A stretch of 64,000 nucleotides of DNA from Squalus acanthias (lineage: Eukaryota): assembly GCA_030390025.1 (NCBI GenBank), contig CM059432.1:28026001-28090000 (forward strand), written 5' to 3'. Made by a program: the position numbers and the translations under genes. Each line of letters opens with the position of its first letter. Within the stretch, counting starts at the first letter, position 1. The notes under the pieces were generated by a model. That model had not been told where the DNA came from. It made no database searches and saw nothing but the letters and a program-made list of their open reading frames with translations. Shown one piece after another: positions 36,101-48,505 of this stretch.

Positions 36101-36489
36101 GTTTTATTAACATCCTTTGTCCTTTTAGACTTATGATTTAGTATGGCCCTTTGTGTTTCTTGCCTTTGTTTATTCGGCCTTCCCCTATTGTTTCTCACCC
36201 TTCTAACATTTGTTTCTGACTGCATATTACTTCCCCCTGTTTCGCTACATAGGTTCCCATTCCCCTGCCATATTAGTTTAAATCCTCCCGAACTGCTTTA
36301 GCAAATATTACCCCGAGGACATCGGTTCCAGTCCTGCCCAAGTGCAGACCGTCCCTTTTGTACAGGTCCCACTTCCCCCAGAACTGGTTCCAATGCCTCA
36401 GGAATTTGAATCCCTCCCTCCTGCACCACTGCTCAAGCCACGTATTCAATCTCACTATCCTGTTCTCTCTATTCTGATTAGCACGTGGC
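33191..36489 (-). mobile_element. Young CR1 LINE: ORF1 C-terminus and ORF2 (36225-33289) with a single in-frame TAG at 34915-34917
   Basis: Complete EN and RT motifs; ORF1 end ...KRDGLHLGRTG...; (aaacatag)n tail at 33191-33212. Confidence 0.96.
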
Positions 36490-36605
36490 CCTGCTTTTTT
36501 CTCAGTTCTGATGAAGGGTTTCGACCTGAAACGTTAACTCTGTTTCTCTCTCCACGGATGTTGCCTGGCCTGCTGAGTTTTTAGAGCATTTTCTGTTGTT
36601 GTTGT
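36490..36605 (+). mobile_element. Inverted PLE terminal segment closing the composite
   Basis: Inverted copy of about 33055-33167; followed by TSD ctcatttttagttatg. Confidence 0.9.
36504..36539 (+). ncRNA. Minimal hammerhead ribozyme motif
   Basis: Identical to the motif at 33117-33152 but on the plus strand. Confidence 0.72.
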
Positions 36606-39326
36606 CTCATTTTTAGTTATGCCTGGTGCTGCTCCTGGCATGCTCTTCTATACTCCTTATTGAACCAGGGTTGATCCCCTATCCTGATGGTAATGAGGGA
36701 TATGCCGGGCCATGAGGTTACAGATTGTGGTGGAGTACAATTTTGATGCTGCTGATGGCCCACAGCGCCTCATGGATGCGCAGTTTTGGGCTGCTAGATC
36801 TGTTCTGAATCTATCCCATTTAGCACGGTGGTCGTGCCACACAACACAATGGAGGGTGTTCGTAGTGTGAAGACAAGTCTTCGTCTCCACAAGGACTGTG
36901 TGGTGGTCACTGCTGCCAATGCTGTCATGAGCAGATGCATCTGCGACAGGTAGATTGGTGAGCATGAGGTCAAGTAGGTTTTTCCCTTGTGTTGGTTTTC
37001 TCACCACCTGCCGCAGGCCCAGTCTGGCAGCTATGTCCTTCAGGACTCGGCCAGTAGTGGTGCTACCGAGCCACTCTTGGTGATGGACATTAAAGTCCCC
37101 CACCCAGAATACATTCTGTGCCCTTGCTACTCTCAGTGCTTCTATCCAAGTGGTGTTCAACATGGAGGAGTACTGATTCATCAGCTGAGGGAGGACGGTA
37201 GGTGGTAATCAGCAAGAGGTTTCCTTGCCCATGCTTGACCTGAAACCATGAGACTTCGTGGGAACCCGAGTCAATGTTGAGTACTCCCAGGGCCACTCCC
37301 GTATACCACTGTGCCCCCTCCTCTGGTGGGCCTGCCCTGCCGGTGGGACAGGACATACCCAGGGATGGTGATGGAGAAATCTGGGACATTGGCTGAAAGG
37401 TATGATTCTGTGAGTATGACTATGTCAGGCTGTTGCTTGACTAGTCTGTGGGACAGCTCTCCTAATTTTGACACAAGTCCCCAGATGTGAGGGTCGACTG
37501 GGCTGGGTGTGCCTTTGCCTTGTCTGAAGCTGGTGCTAAGATCGATGCCGGAAGGTCCGTCGGTTTTATTCTTATTATTGTTTTCTGTAGCGGTTTGTTA
37601 CAACTGAGTGGCAGAGCGCAATTAAGAGTCAACCAAATTGCACACATATAGACCAGACCAGGTAAGGACAGCAGATTTCCTTCCCTAAAGGGCATCAGTG
37701 AACCAGATGGATTTTTACTGACAATCCAATAGTTTTATGGTCACCATTACTGATACTAGCTTTTTATTCCAGATTTATTTAATTAACTGAATTTAAATTC
37801 CCCAGCTGCTGTGGTGGGATTTGAACTCATGTCCCTGGATCATTAGTCCAGGCCGCTGGATTACTAGTCCAGTAACATAACCATTATGCTACCATTCCCA
37901 GTGACAAGAAATAAGTAAGTAACATAATACAATTTTTTTTGTCACACCATCATAAAACATGACCAAACAAACCTCCAGAAAAATAAGAGACAACATTCTG
38001 CTCCCGGAGCAATAACAGATCTAAAGAGGTTTAGGTTGTTCCTATGTAAGGCACTGATCAGACCTTAGCTGCAGTACTGCGCTGTTTTGGTCGCTTCATG
38101 ATGGAAAAGATATGCTTCAAAGAAATCCCATTATCTTGATTCACAGTAGTGTGTCTAACACACTCTCTTACAGATGACCATTATGTGGAAGTGACCTTTA
38201 TGTTAGTACTGAGACCTTAAGGGTTTTTCTTCCAATAATTTTCTGCTATTTAATATAAGATGCCAGTGCTGGGGATTTTCTTTTCTCTCATTGTTGCCAC
38301 AGTGTCAGTATTGAGTACCAATATGCCTGGTATTGCATGCACCAGAGTCTGAGTAAAACTGCTGTACTCAGGTGGTTCATATGAACATTAAAGATCCCTA
38401 CAGTAGAATCATAGAAGATAGGAGCAGGAGTAGGCCATTCGGCCCCTCTAGCCTGCTCCGCCATTCAATGCGATCATGGCCGATCGTACTATTTGAAAAG
38501 CAGTAAGTTCACCTGGTGTACTGGCCAGCGTTCCTTGCTCAATTATCGCCCCCAAAACAAGAGTCATTATTCTCATTAGGAACATAGGAATAGGAGTAGA
38601 TCATTCAGCCCCTCGATCCTGTTCCACCATTCAATTAGATCATGGGTGACCTGTACCACAATTCCACTTACCCACCTTAGCTCCATATCCTTACCCAACA
38701 AAAATCTATTGATCTCAGTCTTGAAAGTTTCAACTGACTCAACATCCACAGCGTTTTGGAGGAAGAGAGTTCCAGATTTCTATTACCCTTTGTGTGAAGA
38801 AGTGCTTCTTGATTTCACTCTGGCTCTAATTTTAAGATTGTGCTATCTCATTCATTGCTTTGTGGGAACGTGTGGGCAAAATGGCTGACACATTTGCCTA
38901 CATAGCATTCAGTGGCATTTCAAAGTAACTCATTGTATGTGCAACACTTAGGAACAATTTCTGAGAGAAGTGTTAAGATGCTATGTTTCTAGTGATAGCA
39001 AGGATATTATTGCCCTGCAAAGGTTCCAAGGGGGCAATGAAGATAATCAGGAATCTAAGTTATGAGGAAATATGGAACTTGAGATAAAACATAGGCTTAA
39101 ATGGGCCAAGCAAAGGCATGCAGCTATTCAATAAGGGGGTGTAAAATGGATTTGCCGACTGGCATAGTGGGTTAATGCAACACCAGGTGTGGTCCTAAGT
39201 CATAAAGAATGGAACTTCCCCTAGTTTGATTCCTAGTCTGTGCTGGTTTCAGCCAGAGGTGGTAACAGTTCTGCTGCAATTGGCCAAATTGCCCTAAGGC
39301 TAGATGAGAGAAAAAAAAATCACCTA

Positions 39327-39943
39327 ACAACAACAACTTGCATTTCTATAGCACCTTAAAATGTCCCAAGGCGCTTCACAGGAGCATTATCAAACAAACT
39401 TTGACACCTAGCCACATATTAGGACAAATGGAGATAAGGAGCATCTTAAAGGAGGAAAGAGAGGTAGAGAGGTGGAGAGGTTGAGGGAGGGAATTCCAGA
39501 GCTTAGGGCTTCGGCAGCTGAAGGCAGGGCTGCCAATGGTGGAGCGATTAAAGTCGGAGCTGTGCAACAGGCCAGAATTGGAGGAGCACAGATATCTCAG
39601 AGGGTGGTAGGGCTGAAGGAGGTTACAGAGATAGGGAGGGGCGAAGCTATGGAGGGATTTTAAAACAAGATGAGAATTTTAAAATGGAGGCATTCCTCAA
39701 CTGGGAGTCAATGTAGGTCAGCAAGCAAAGTGGTTTTCGATAAGCTCAAGTTTATGGAGGGTGAAAGATGGGAGGCTGGCCATGAGTCTTAGTAATGGCG
39801 CAGATATGTGTTCGGAAGCTCAACTCGGGGTCAAATACGACACCAAGGTTGCAATCAGACTGGTTCAGCCTCAGATAGTTGCCAGGGACTTGGATGGAGT
39901 CAGTGGCTAGGGAACGGAGCTTGTAGCGGGGACCGAAGACAAT
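39327..39943 (-). mobile_element. L2-type LINE 3' fragment
   Basis: Tail aacaacaacttgcatt; translation includes AFSCRSPKLWNSLP and LGVVFDPELSF, typical of an L2 ORF2 end. Confidence 0.7.
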
Positions 39944-40928
39944 GGCCAGGATTTTGCTCACCTCGGCGGGTCCGGGGCGGACAATGTCGGTGGTGGGTCG
40001 CGGCCCCGCTGTTGGCTCCATCCCGCTGTCCTAAATAAATTTACATTGATAGGGCTTGTTAAACCCACCCAGCGCGTTTCCCGACCCAATTAGAGGAAGT
40101 GGGTCTGGTGACGTCATTCATGACACGTCATCAGCCGGTTTCCTTAAAGGGACCATGGCCACCTTACTTTCAACATTTGTGCTGTCAGTGTTCTACAGCA
40201 TTGAAGTGTTGCAAACACTGACAATCACTGCACAAATGTGCAGGGCTGCACCCAGGCTCTCCCATGACTCCCTCCATATGCTTATTAAAAGTATAATGCT
40301 CCACAGACATCCTATTCTTTAATAATATATATACTAACAATAAATGTATTAATAAACAGAACTTTTGCACATAAGCACAAAAACATCATACAGCATGGCA
40401 CTCACCGGTGTCACGCTACACACTTGCCCTGCGCCATTTTATCTGATGCGTTTCAGAAGGGTCCCACTCTTGATTGGGCTGGAGGACAGGCCCGCCTCCC
40501 ACCTAAACCCAGCGACAGCAATATCAGGCCGACCGGTGAGAGTCGGGTGTGCGCAACAGGAGGTCGCAGCCGGGGACCTGTGGGAACAGTCCCTCGAAAG
40601 GTAGGTGAAGGAGGGGGGGAATCCTAGGCAATCGCGGGAAGCCTGGAGCAGGGGAGGCTCAAGGAGTCCTTGTGGGGTGTGGAGGAGTACGTTTGCTCCT
40701 CTTGGCCCCAAGGAAACATTGAAAAAAAAAAATTATACTTTCTCTGCCCTCTTCTGGCCCTCAGCAGCGCGTTCCCCCGGTGAGGCCGGCACCAGGTGCT
40801 GATCTCGCTGCTGCTGGTTACATAGTACTCGGGGTCTGAATGACGTCATCAGACCCCAGTGCTTAAATGTCAATGCGGTCCTCGCCTGCCTGGATTGAGA
40901 GCCTCACACACTGCCTGAAATGTGGGCC
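39944..40928. mobile_element. Harbinger-type non-autonomous element
   Basis: Imperfect TIRs ggccaggatttt / gaaatgtgggcc, flanks aat/aag; shares tgacacgtcatc.gccggttt.cttaaaggg with the reverse complement of 15770-15810. Confidence 0.55.
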
Positions 40929-41220
40929 AAGTGTGTGTCATGCTGTGTGATGTATCTGTGCTTATATGCAAAAGATCTGTTTGTTTATTGTTAATATATG
41001 TTATTAAATAATAGGATAAGTATATGGAGCATTATACTTTTAATAAGGTATGCTTGTTGTAAGGTAATGTTAGAAATAATCACAAAATAAAACTTCTCAG
41101 AGCTCATATGTAGTAGAGCTGGACATAACCCACTGTCTCTCAGACCCCATGTATTGTATAACTGTATATAACCCACTGCACCTTCGCCATCACATGTGGC
41201 ATAACTGCTTACAACCCAAT

Positions 41221-42050
41221 GGGGGAGAAATGTGGTATCGCCCCGTTTGGGGCGCAATTATTGGCCGGGCGCAAAGTTTAGCGCCTGGTGCTAATTATCG
41301 CCTCCGACTGCAAACTTGGCTTCTATCGCCCCTGGAGGTGATTGGAGCACTAAATCAGACGCTTCACACCTCTCTTAAGGCGTTAATGCTGAGGAGCAAG
41401 GCGCTACCTCAGAGCGTTGGCGAAGCTCATGTGATGTCAGTCAGCAATGGAACACAGACACACTGGCGCCGGCCAGTTCTTAAAGGGGAGGGTCGATCTT
41501 GCTCTCCATCCACACCCTGCTCATTGCAGCTTTGAATCTTGGCCTGGAGAGACCTGTACATCAATTCTGCTGGAAAGAACAATGGAGAGACCCAGGGAAA
41601 GAGCTCAGAGTGCAGCCCCCATAGTCTCTTATAAATCGATGCAAGGAAAGTCAAATCAAAATGAACCTGCAAAGTTCCTTCACACAACGTTGAATATCTC
41701 CAGAAGTCTCTCTCTCTCTCAGAACGCGTGGTGCAAAAATGTTGCCGACAAAAAAATGCAGGAAGCGGTCACTTTTAAATAGCGTTCTCCCAGTCCCTTC
41801 CTGACTGCAAAACGTTCCCCTCAACCTTCGTTGCTAACGGCAGGCGGTAAGGCAGGAGGTGCCACTCAATATCCGGTCCGGGGCGCTACCGGGGCGTTGC
41901 ACGCTCGACTGACGTCACGATCTGCGGGCGCAGGAGATCGTGGCGGAAGTGTTTAGCGCCGCCGCAAAATGTCCAGTCAATTTTGCGAGCGGCGCAAACA
42001 TCGCCGCCCCCGGGCGCTAGTTGCTTTGTGCCCCTATTAGCGCCCTCTGC
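41221..42050. mobile_element. Second copy of the 11262-12154 Harbinger-type MITE, inverted, lacking about 38 bp of one end
   Basis: Colinear reverse-complement similarity over its whole length; flanked by AAT on both sides. Confidence 0.85.
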
Positions 42051-42729
42051 AATGCCTCTCAGACCCCATGTATTGTATAACTGAATATAACCCATTTCCT
42101 ATGAGTGGTATAACTGGGGAAAACCTACTGGCTCTCAGACCCTGCATACGATATAGCTGCACATAACTTCTCTGTGTGAGAAATAACTAATTTCTCTATG
42201 TTATTTTAAAATATCAAATAGCAAGTAATATCTTGTAGTGAATCCTCCTAGGGCAGTACTGATATCTGAAATCTTAACCAGGAGCAGAGACCAATTTGAT
42301 TCATGGCAATAATGTGCCCTACAGTGCTCTCAGCCATTTTATTAGGGACTCTTTGCTATTCCTTTCCCTTAAGCATGCTGCCAGTGACTGATCTCAGATG
42401 AGCCTTCATTAACATTTGCTCGTCGATAACATCAGTAGAAGTGGCAAGTGAATTAGACCTCAGCCAAAAGGACTGTGGATTCCAATTATAAAGGCTGCTC
42501 TCTTCCCTAAGCAGTCACTCAACTATTCAATTGTCAGCTCAGATTTCATGCATAGTGTACTTTTCTTAGAGCTGCCGTGCCCCCCAATCCAACAACTTTA
42601 GTTTTAAGAGATTCATTAGAGAAGTCGGGAAGGAGGGAAACTAGGACATATATTAGATACTGTCCTCTCCCATACACAGCCAACGATTCTTTCTCCTTTC
42701 CACATTCTCATTTTGTTGAAATCATGTCT

Positions 42730-43210
42730 CATAGGATCTTAGGAATTTCTAGATGAAAAAAGACCAAGGTCGATCTAGTTCTCCTTCTACCATCCTGGTA
42801 ATTACATGATACAATGATAATGGACTTGTTGACTAAGCATAGCAGTCAATCTCCATCAATTAGTCTACAACAGACCCAGACAGAACATGTGGAAAATCCC
42901 TGTGATGGATAGCTTTGGGAACAATAGGTCCAAAGTCACCTTTTTTCTCCCAAGCATGCTACACTTACCACATATCATGTCTCAAATTACTCAAAAATTG
43001 TATCCCAAATATTTTCTTCAAAGGAAACTATCTAATTTGCATTTGAATGAATTAATATTAACTGCTTCCATCATTTCCCTAGGGAGTCTATTCCATAGAT
43101 TGGCCACTCGCTCACTGATATATTGTTTCCACAGTTTAGTTTTGAATTTACCCTCCTTCAAGCACAGGCCGTGTCCTCTGGTTCTACTGTGCTGGACAAG
43201 GTGAAATAGC
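42730..43210 (-). mobile_element. CR1-family 3' end fragment
   Basis: Reverse complement encodes a CR1 ORF2 C-terminus (RTRGH...VANLWNRLP); long 3' UTR shared with 17087-17420. Confidence 0.7.
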
Positions 43211-43799
43211 TTGTCATGGTCTCATTGCACCATCTCCTACTCATTCATTCCATCCCAAGACCTCAAAACTGTGGGACATCTTGCATATCCTCCGCTCTGC
43301 TTTCTCCTATAATCTACAGGATTCTAAATGCTAAAACAAGTCACAAATTACCAATTTGCCTTCTCTATCTACTTTATTTGACCTTGATGGTATCCTGCAC
43401 CATGGGCCATAGTCCTTCACCGAGGTTTGTCAATAAAAAACAACCTCTGATGTTTGGTTTCAAATGCAACCAAGAGCGATGGAATTAAAATCTTCTCTTT
43501 CTCTGCAGGCCTTATGTGAGCTAGGTTTGAGGCAAGTCAACCTAAATTATAGTGAATATGGACCACAGCGCAAACATTTGGCACTAAACTGGCCATTTCC
43601 TTCAAAGCTAGCTGGCATAGGAAATGGAAATACTACACTGATTCAGTACAGGTGCTATTCCTAAGTTGTTAGCAATTAGTTTTCACATGTACATTGAGGC
43701 CATTAAATTCTACCTCTTGTCAGACATCACTTCCTCAATGATTTTAGCCCCACAACAAACTCTGCTCCTTTGTTAATGACTGACTGACTGACAGCTCTC

Positions 43800-44420
43800 T
43801 CAGCTTGAACCAAAATGCTCACAACATTGGTGTTCTGTTCCAACCTGAGCTGAACTTGAGACCCCATACATCTCCATCACAAAGACCACCTACCTCCACA
43901 GCATTGTCCACCTCTTCCACTGAAACCCTTATCTATGTTTTTGTCATCTCCAGACTTGATCCCTTCTTGTCAGCCTTACATCCTCCTTCCTCCATTAACT
44001 TGAAGCTTGCCCAAAACTCTGCTGACCGTAACCTATCCTGCACCAGGACCCGCTCACCCATTATCTTGTCTTTGCTGGCCTGCATTAGCTCTCCAACCCC
44101 AATGCCTCAAGTTTAAAATCCTTGTTGTTGTCGTTATTCCCTATCATGACCTCACTCCATCCTCTTTCTGCAACCTTTTCCACCCCTACATCCTTCCCAA
44201 ACTCCCTATTCCACTGATTCCGGCATCGTGCAACCACCACCCACCCCCCCCCGCACCCCCCCCCCACCCCACCGCCAAACCCCCTCTTTGTCCCATAACT
44301 GGTAGCAGTGCCTTCAGCTGTCCAAATCCTACTCTCTGTAATTCCTTCTCTAAATGCCTTTACCACTCATCCTTTCACTCTCCTCCTTTAAAATCTTCCT
44401 ACAAATGTGTCTCTAATCTA
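43800..44420 (+). mobile_element. Degraded L2-type LINE 3' fragment
   Basis: Fragments NIGVLFQPEL, ETLIYVFVISRLD, AFSCPNPTLCNS. Confidence 0.6.
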
Positions 44421-44456
44421 ATCTCTCCCGTATTGGTTCAGCTTTCCATTTTCCAT

Positions 44457-46970
44457 ATAAGAACATAAGGACATAAGAAATAGGAGCAGGAATAGGCCAC
44501 TTGGCCCCTCGAGCCTGCTCTGCCATTCAATAAGATCATGGCTGATCTTGGGCTCAAAGCCACTTCCCCACCTGCTCTCCATAACCCTTCACTCCCTTAT
44601 CTTGCAAAAATTTGTCTATCTCCACCTTAAACGTATTTAATGACCCAGCCTCCACAGCTCTCTGGGCAGAGAATTCCACATATTTACGACCCTCTGAGAG
44701 AAGAAATTCCTCCTCATCTCAGTTCTAAAAGGGCGACCATTTATTCTAAAACTGTGCCCCCGCGTTGTAGATTTCCCCAAGAGGGGAAACATCCTCTCTG
44801 CACCTACCTTGTCGTGACTCCTCAGTATCTTATATGTTTCAATAAAATCACCTCTTATTCTTCTAAATTCCAATGAGTATAGGCCCAGCCTGCTCAACCT
44901 TTCCTCATAAGTCAACCCCCTCATCTCTGGACTTAACCTAGTGAATCGTCTCTGAACTGCCTCCAATGCAAGTATATCCTTCCTTAAATAAGGAGACCAA
45001 AACTGTACGCAGTACTCAAGGTGTGGTCTCACCAATACCCTGTACAGTTGTAGCAGGTTTTCCCTGCTTTTATACTTCAACCCCTTTGAAATAAAGGCCA
45101 ACATTCCATTTGCCTTTTTGATTACTTGCTGTACCTGCATGCTAACTTTTTGTGTTTCATGCACAAGGACCCCCAGGTCCCCCTGAACTGTAGCATTTTG
45201 TAATCTCTCTCCATTTAAATAATAATTTGCTTTTTTATTTTTCCTGCCAAAGTGTATAACCTCGCACTTTCCCACATTATACTCCATCTGCCAAATGTTT
45301 GCCCACTCACTCAGCCTGTCTATATCCCTTTGCAGGTTCTTTGAGTCCTCTGCACAACTTGCTTTCCTACCCATCTTTGTATCATCCGCAAACTTGGCTA
45401 CATTACACTCGGTCCCTTCATCCAAGTCATTAATGTAAATTGTAAATAGTTGAGGCCCCAGCACCGATCCCTGTGGCACCCCACTAGTTACCGTTTGCCA
45501 ACCGGAAAATGACCCATTTATCCCGACTCTCTGCTTTCTGTTAGTTAGCCAATTCTCTATCCATGCTAATATATTACCCCCAATTCCGTGAGCTCTTATC
45601 TTATGCAGTAACCTTTTATGTGGCACCTTAGCAAATGCCTTCTGGAAATCCAAATACACCACATCCACTGGTTCACCTTTGTCCACCCTGCTCGTTACCT
45701 CCTCAAAGAACTCCAGCAAGTTTGTTAAACATGATTTCCCTTTTATAAAACCATGCTGACTCTGCTTGACTGCATTATGATTTTCCAAATGCCCTGCTAC
45801 TGCTTCCTTAATGAAGGACTCCAGCATTTTCCCAATGACAGATGTTAGGCTAACTGATCTATAGTTTCCTGCTTTCTGTCTCCCTCCTTTCTTAAATAGG
45901 GGTGTTACATTTGTGGTTTTCCAATCCGCTGGGACCTCTCCAGAGTCCAGGGAATTTTGGTATATTGCAACCACTATCTCTGCAGCCACTTCTTTTAAGA
46001 CCCTGGGATGCAGGCCATCTGGTCCAGGGGACTTGTCATCTTTTAGTCCCATTATTTTACCAAGTACTTTTTCCTTAGTGACAGTGATTGTCTTTAGTTC
46101 CCCCCTCCCTGTGGCCCCTTGATTATCCATTATTGGGATGTTGTTAGTGTCTTCTACCGTGAAGACAGATACAAAATATTTGTTCAGAGTCTCTGCCATT
46201 TCCCCGTTCCCCATTATTAATTCCCCAGTCTCATCCTCTAAGGGACCAACGTTTACTTTAGCTACTCTCTTCCTTTTTATATACCTGTAGAAGCTCTTAC
46301 TATCTGTTTTAATGTTTCTTGCCAGTTTACTCTCATAATTCATCTTCTCTCTCTTTATTATTTTTTTAGTCTTCCTTTGCTGGTTTTTAAAAATTTCCCA
46401 ATCTTCTGGTCTCCCACCAATCTTGGCAACATTGTATGCCTTCGTTTTCAATTTGATACCATCCTTTACTTCCTTAGTTAGCCACGGATGGTGCTCCCTT
46501 CTCTTAAAATCTTTCTTTCTCACTGGAATATATTTTTGTTGAGAGTTATGAAATATCTCCTTAAATGTCCGCCACTGCATTTCAACTGTCTTACCCTTTA
46601 ATTTATTTTTCCAGTCCACTTTAGCCAGTTCTGCCCTCATGCCACTGTAATTGCCTTTGTTTAAGATCAGGACACTGGTTTGAGATACAACTTTCTCACC
46701 CTTCAACTGAATTTGAAATTCAACCATGCTATGATCACTCTTTCCTAGAGGATCCTCTACTATGAGATCATTTATTAATTCTGTCTCATTACCAGATCCA
46801 AGATAGACTGCTCCCTGGTTGGTTCCATTACATACTGTTCTAGGAAACCATCCCGGATGCACTCTATGAACTCCTCCTCAAGGCTACCATGGCCAGTTTG
46901 ATTTGTCCAATCAATATGGAGATTAAAATCACTCATGATTATTACTGTACCTTTTTTACAGGCCTCCATT
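44457..46970 (-). mobile_element. 5'-truncated CR1 LINE, ORF2 with frameshifts near both ends
   Basis: 741-aa ORF with SDH, NYRSVSLTS, DFQKAF, GVPQGSVLGP, FADD; (aacataag)n tail at 44457. Confidence 0.95.
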
Positions 46971-47817
46971 ATTGCTACTGTAGACTACGCCCACCATTTG
47001 CCTATCCGTGAAATGCCTTGGGACATTTTTAATGTTAAAGGCACTATACAAATGCTAATTTTTGTTGCGGCACATTGTTGGGCCAGAATAGAGAGACTTT
47101 TATGCCGAATGTGATCATACGAGAACTGGCAATGCTTGTGGCTAAAACTGAAGTATGTAAGAGCATTAAAAAAATCCATTTATTACCTGGACACCCCTTA
47201 CCTTAACAAGTTACTCTCTGAAAAAAGGAAACATTTTTGTCTCCTTTTTCAAAATGTACTTCAGGTAAGAGTAGGAGAATTTTAGGAACAAGATAGATCA
47301 ATCCTCACCGACCCGTCTTTTCACCATAGGCTAATTGAGTGAGACTGTGCTCCTAGAGAGGAGATTCACCAGACAGGAATGTGAGTGGAAGGTAGGGCTA
47401 TAACACTTTAGCTCCAATTGTCTGACCCACACTCCCATCTAGCAAGCCTTTGTGAGCAGTCCCGCTGAATTTGCTCTGATATCCCTCAATCTCTTCCGTC
47501 TCCGGAAAAAAATGTATTTGCTTCATTTACACCATCCACTTCTTTAGTCTTCCCTGATAATCATAAGTTTATATTGCCTTTTGGGAAACGAAGTTCTACC
47601 TAACTTCACCACTGACTCATAACTTCCTAATTTTGGGCTGCATCCCCCTGACTCTTCACCATATTAAAATCAGGAGGCTCTCTAAGCCAGGTAGATCATG
47701 TCTGCAGATCTGGGGTCAGTTCACCCAAGTCAGAGATGTGTCTCGTTCACACCTGACAAACCTGAAGCAGGCCAGAAAGCTGCAGACTCTCCTCCTGCAC
47801 TACTTCAAAGGAATCTA

Positions 47818-48170
47818 CAGGAAACTCTTTCATATCCGGCACCGACGGGACCGGGGTGGTGCCGATTGATTAAAAATTCTGGATAACGGAGAGGTATATC
47901 TACCGAGGCTATTTTTAACAAACAAAAATTTAAAAATCAAGAAATGTGCAGTATAATTGGGTACTCCCCTACAGAATGTTGTGTTAAATGGATGGTGGAA
48001 GATGCTTGATTAAGTACAGTAATGCCAGTTGAGGGTAATCCATAACTCTAATTACTTAACAGTAAAACAAAACTTATAAACGACTGCATACTGTAGTTTT
48101 CGGAGTATGAATTCTGCCGGTTATTAGAGAATTCCGGATATTTAGGTGCCGTTTAAACGAGAGTTTCCTG
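47818..48170. mobile_element. Tigger/pogo-like MITE, same terminal family as 26995-27407
   Basis: Ends caggaaactc... / ...gagtttcctg with TA TSD. Confidence 0.8.
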
Positions 48171-48505
48171 TAATAAGATGACAGCAGATACCTCCAATAC
48201 TCAATTGTTACCTGATGTTACACTGAGCCATACAGACCAGAACATCCTAGGATTGATCTCTAGTCTGTGCTGAATTAACTGATCTGTGCTTGGGTGGCAG
48301 TAACAGCTGCTCTAATTGGCCTCAGCATCCCTGCGCTAAGAAAGGGGGGAAATATTAGCCAAGCTTTCTGGCTCTTATCTCTATCCTATAGAACTGTACT
48401 CTAGTAGGAGTCAGAGCCTTTAGGCGAGGAGGGGGATAAGAGTGGAAAGCTGGCAGACAGAAGGAGAAGAAGAGGCTCCGCTATTAAATACTGATACTAC
48501 ACATA

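Larger units (their letters stand above)
31105..37560 (-). mobile_element. Older CR1/L2-clade LINE, degraded, interrupted at 33021-36605 by the PLE/CR1 composite
   Basis: EN fragments (PDIVILTESYL, TYRPP, VGDFN, SSDH) at 36657-37474 and RT fragments (YRPISLLS, LDIKAAFD, GVPQGSVL) at 31400-33000; contiguous across the 16-bp TSD. Confidence 0.85.

Noticed and set aside
41092..42170. CRISPR-like repeat-spacer array
   Set aside because: Eukaryotic context; units are degenerate tandem repeats without unique regular spacers.
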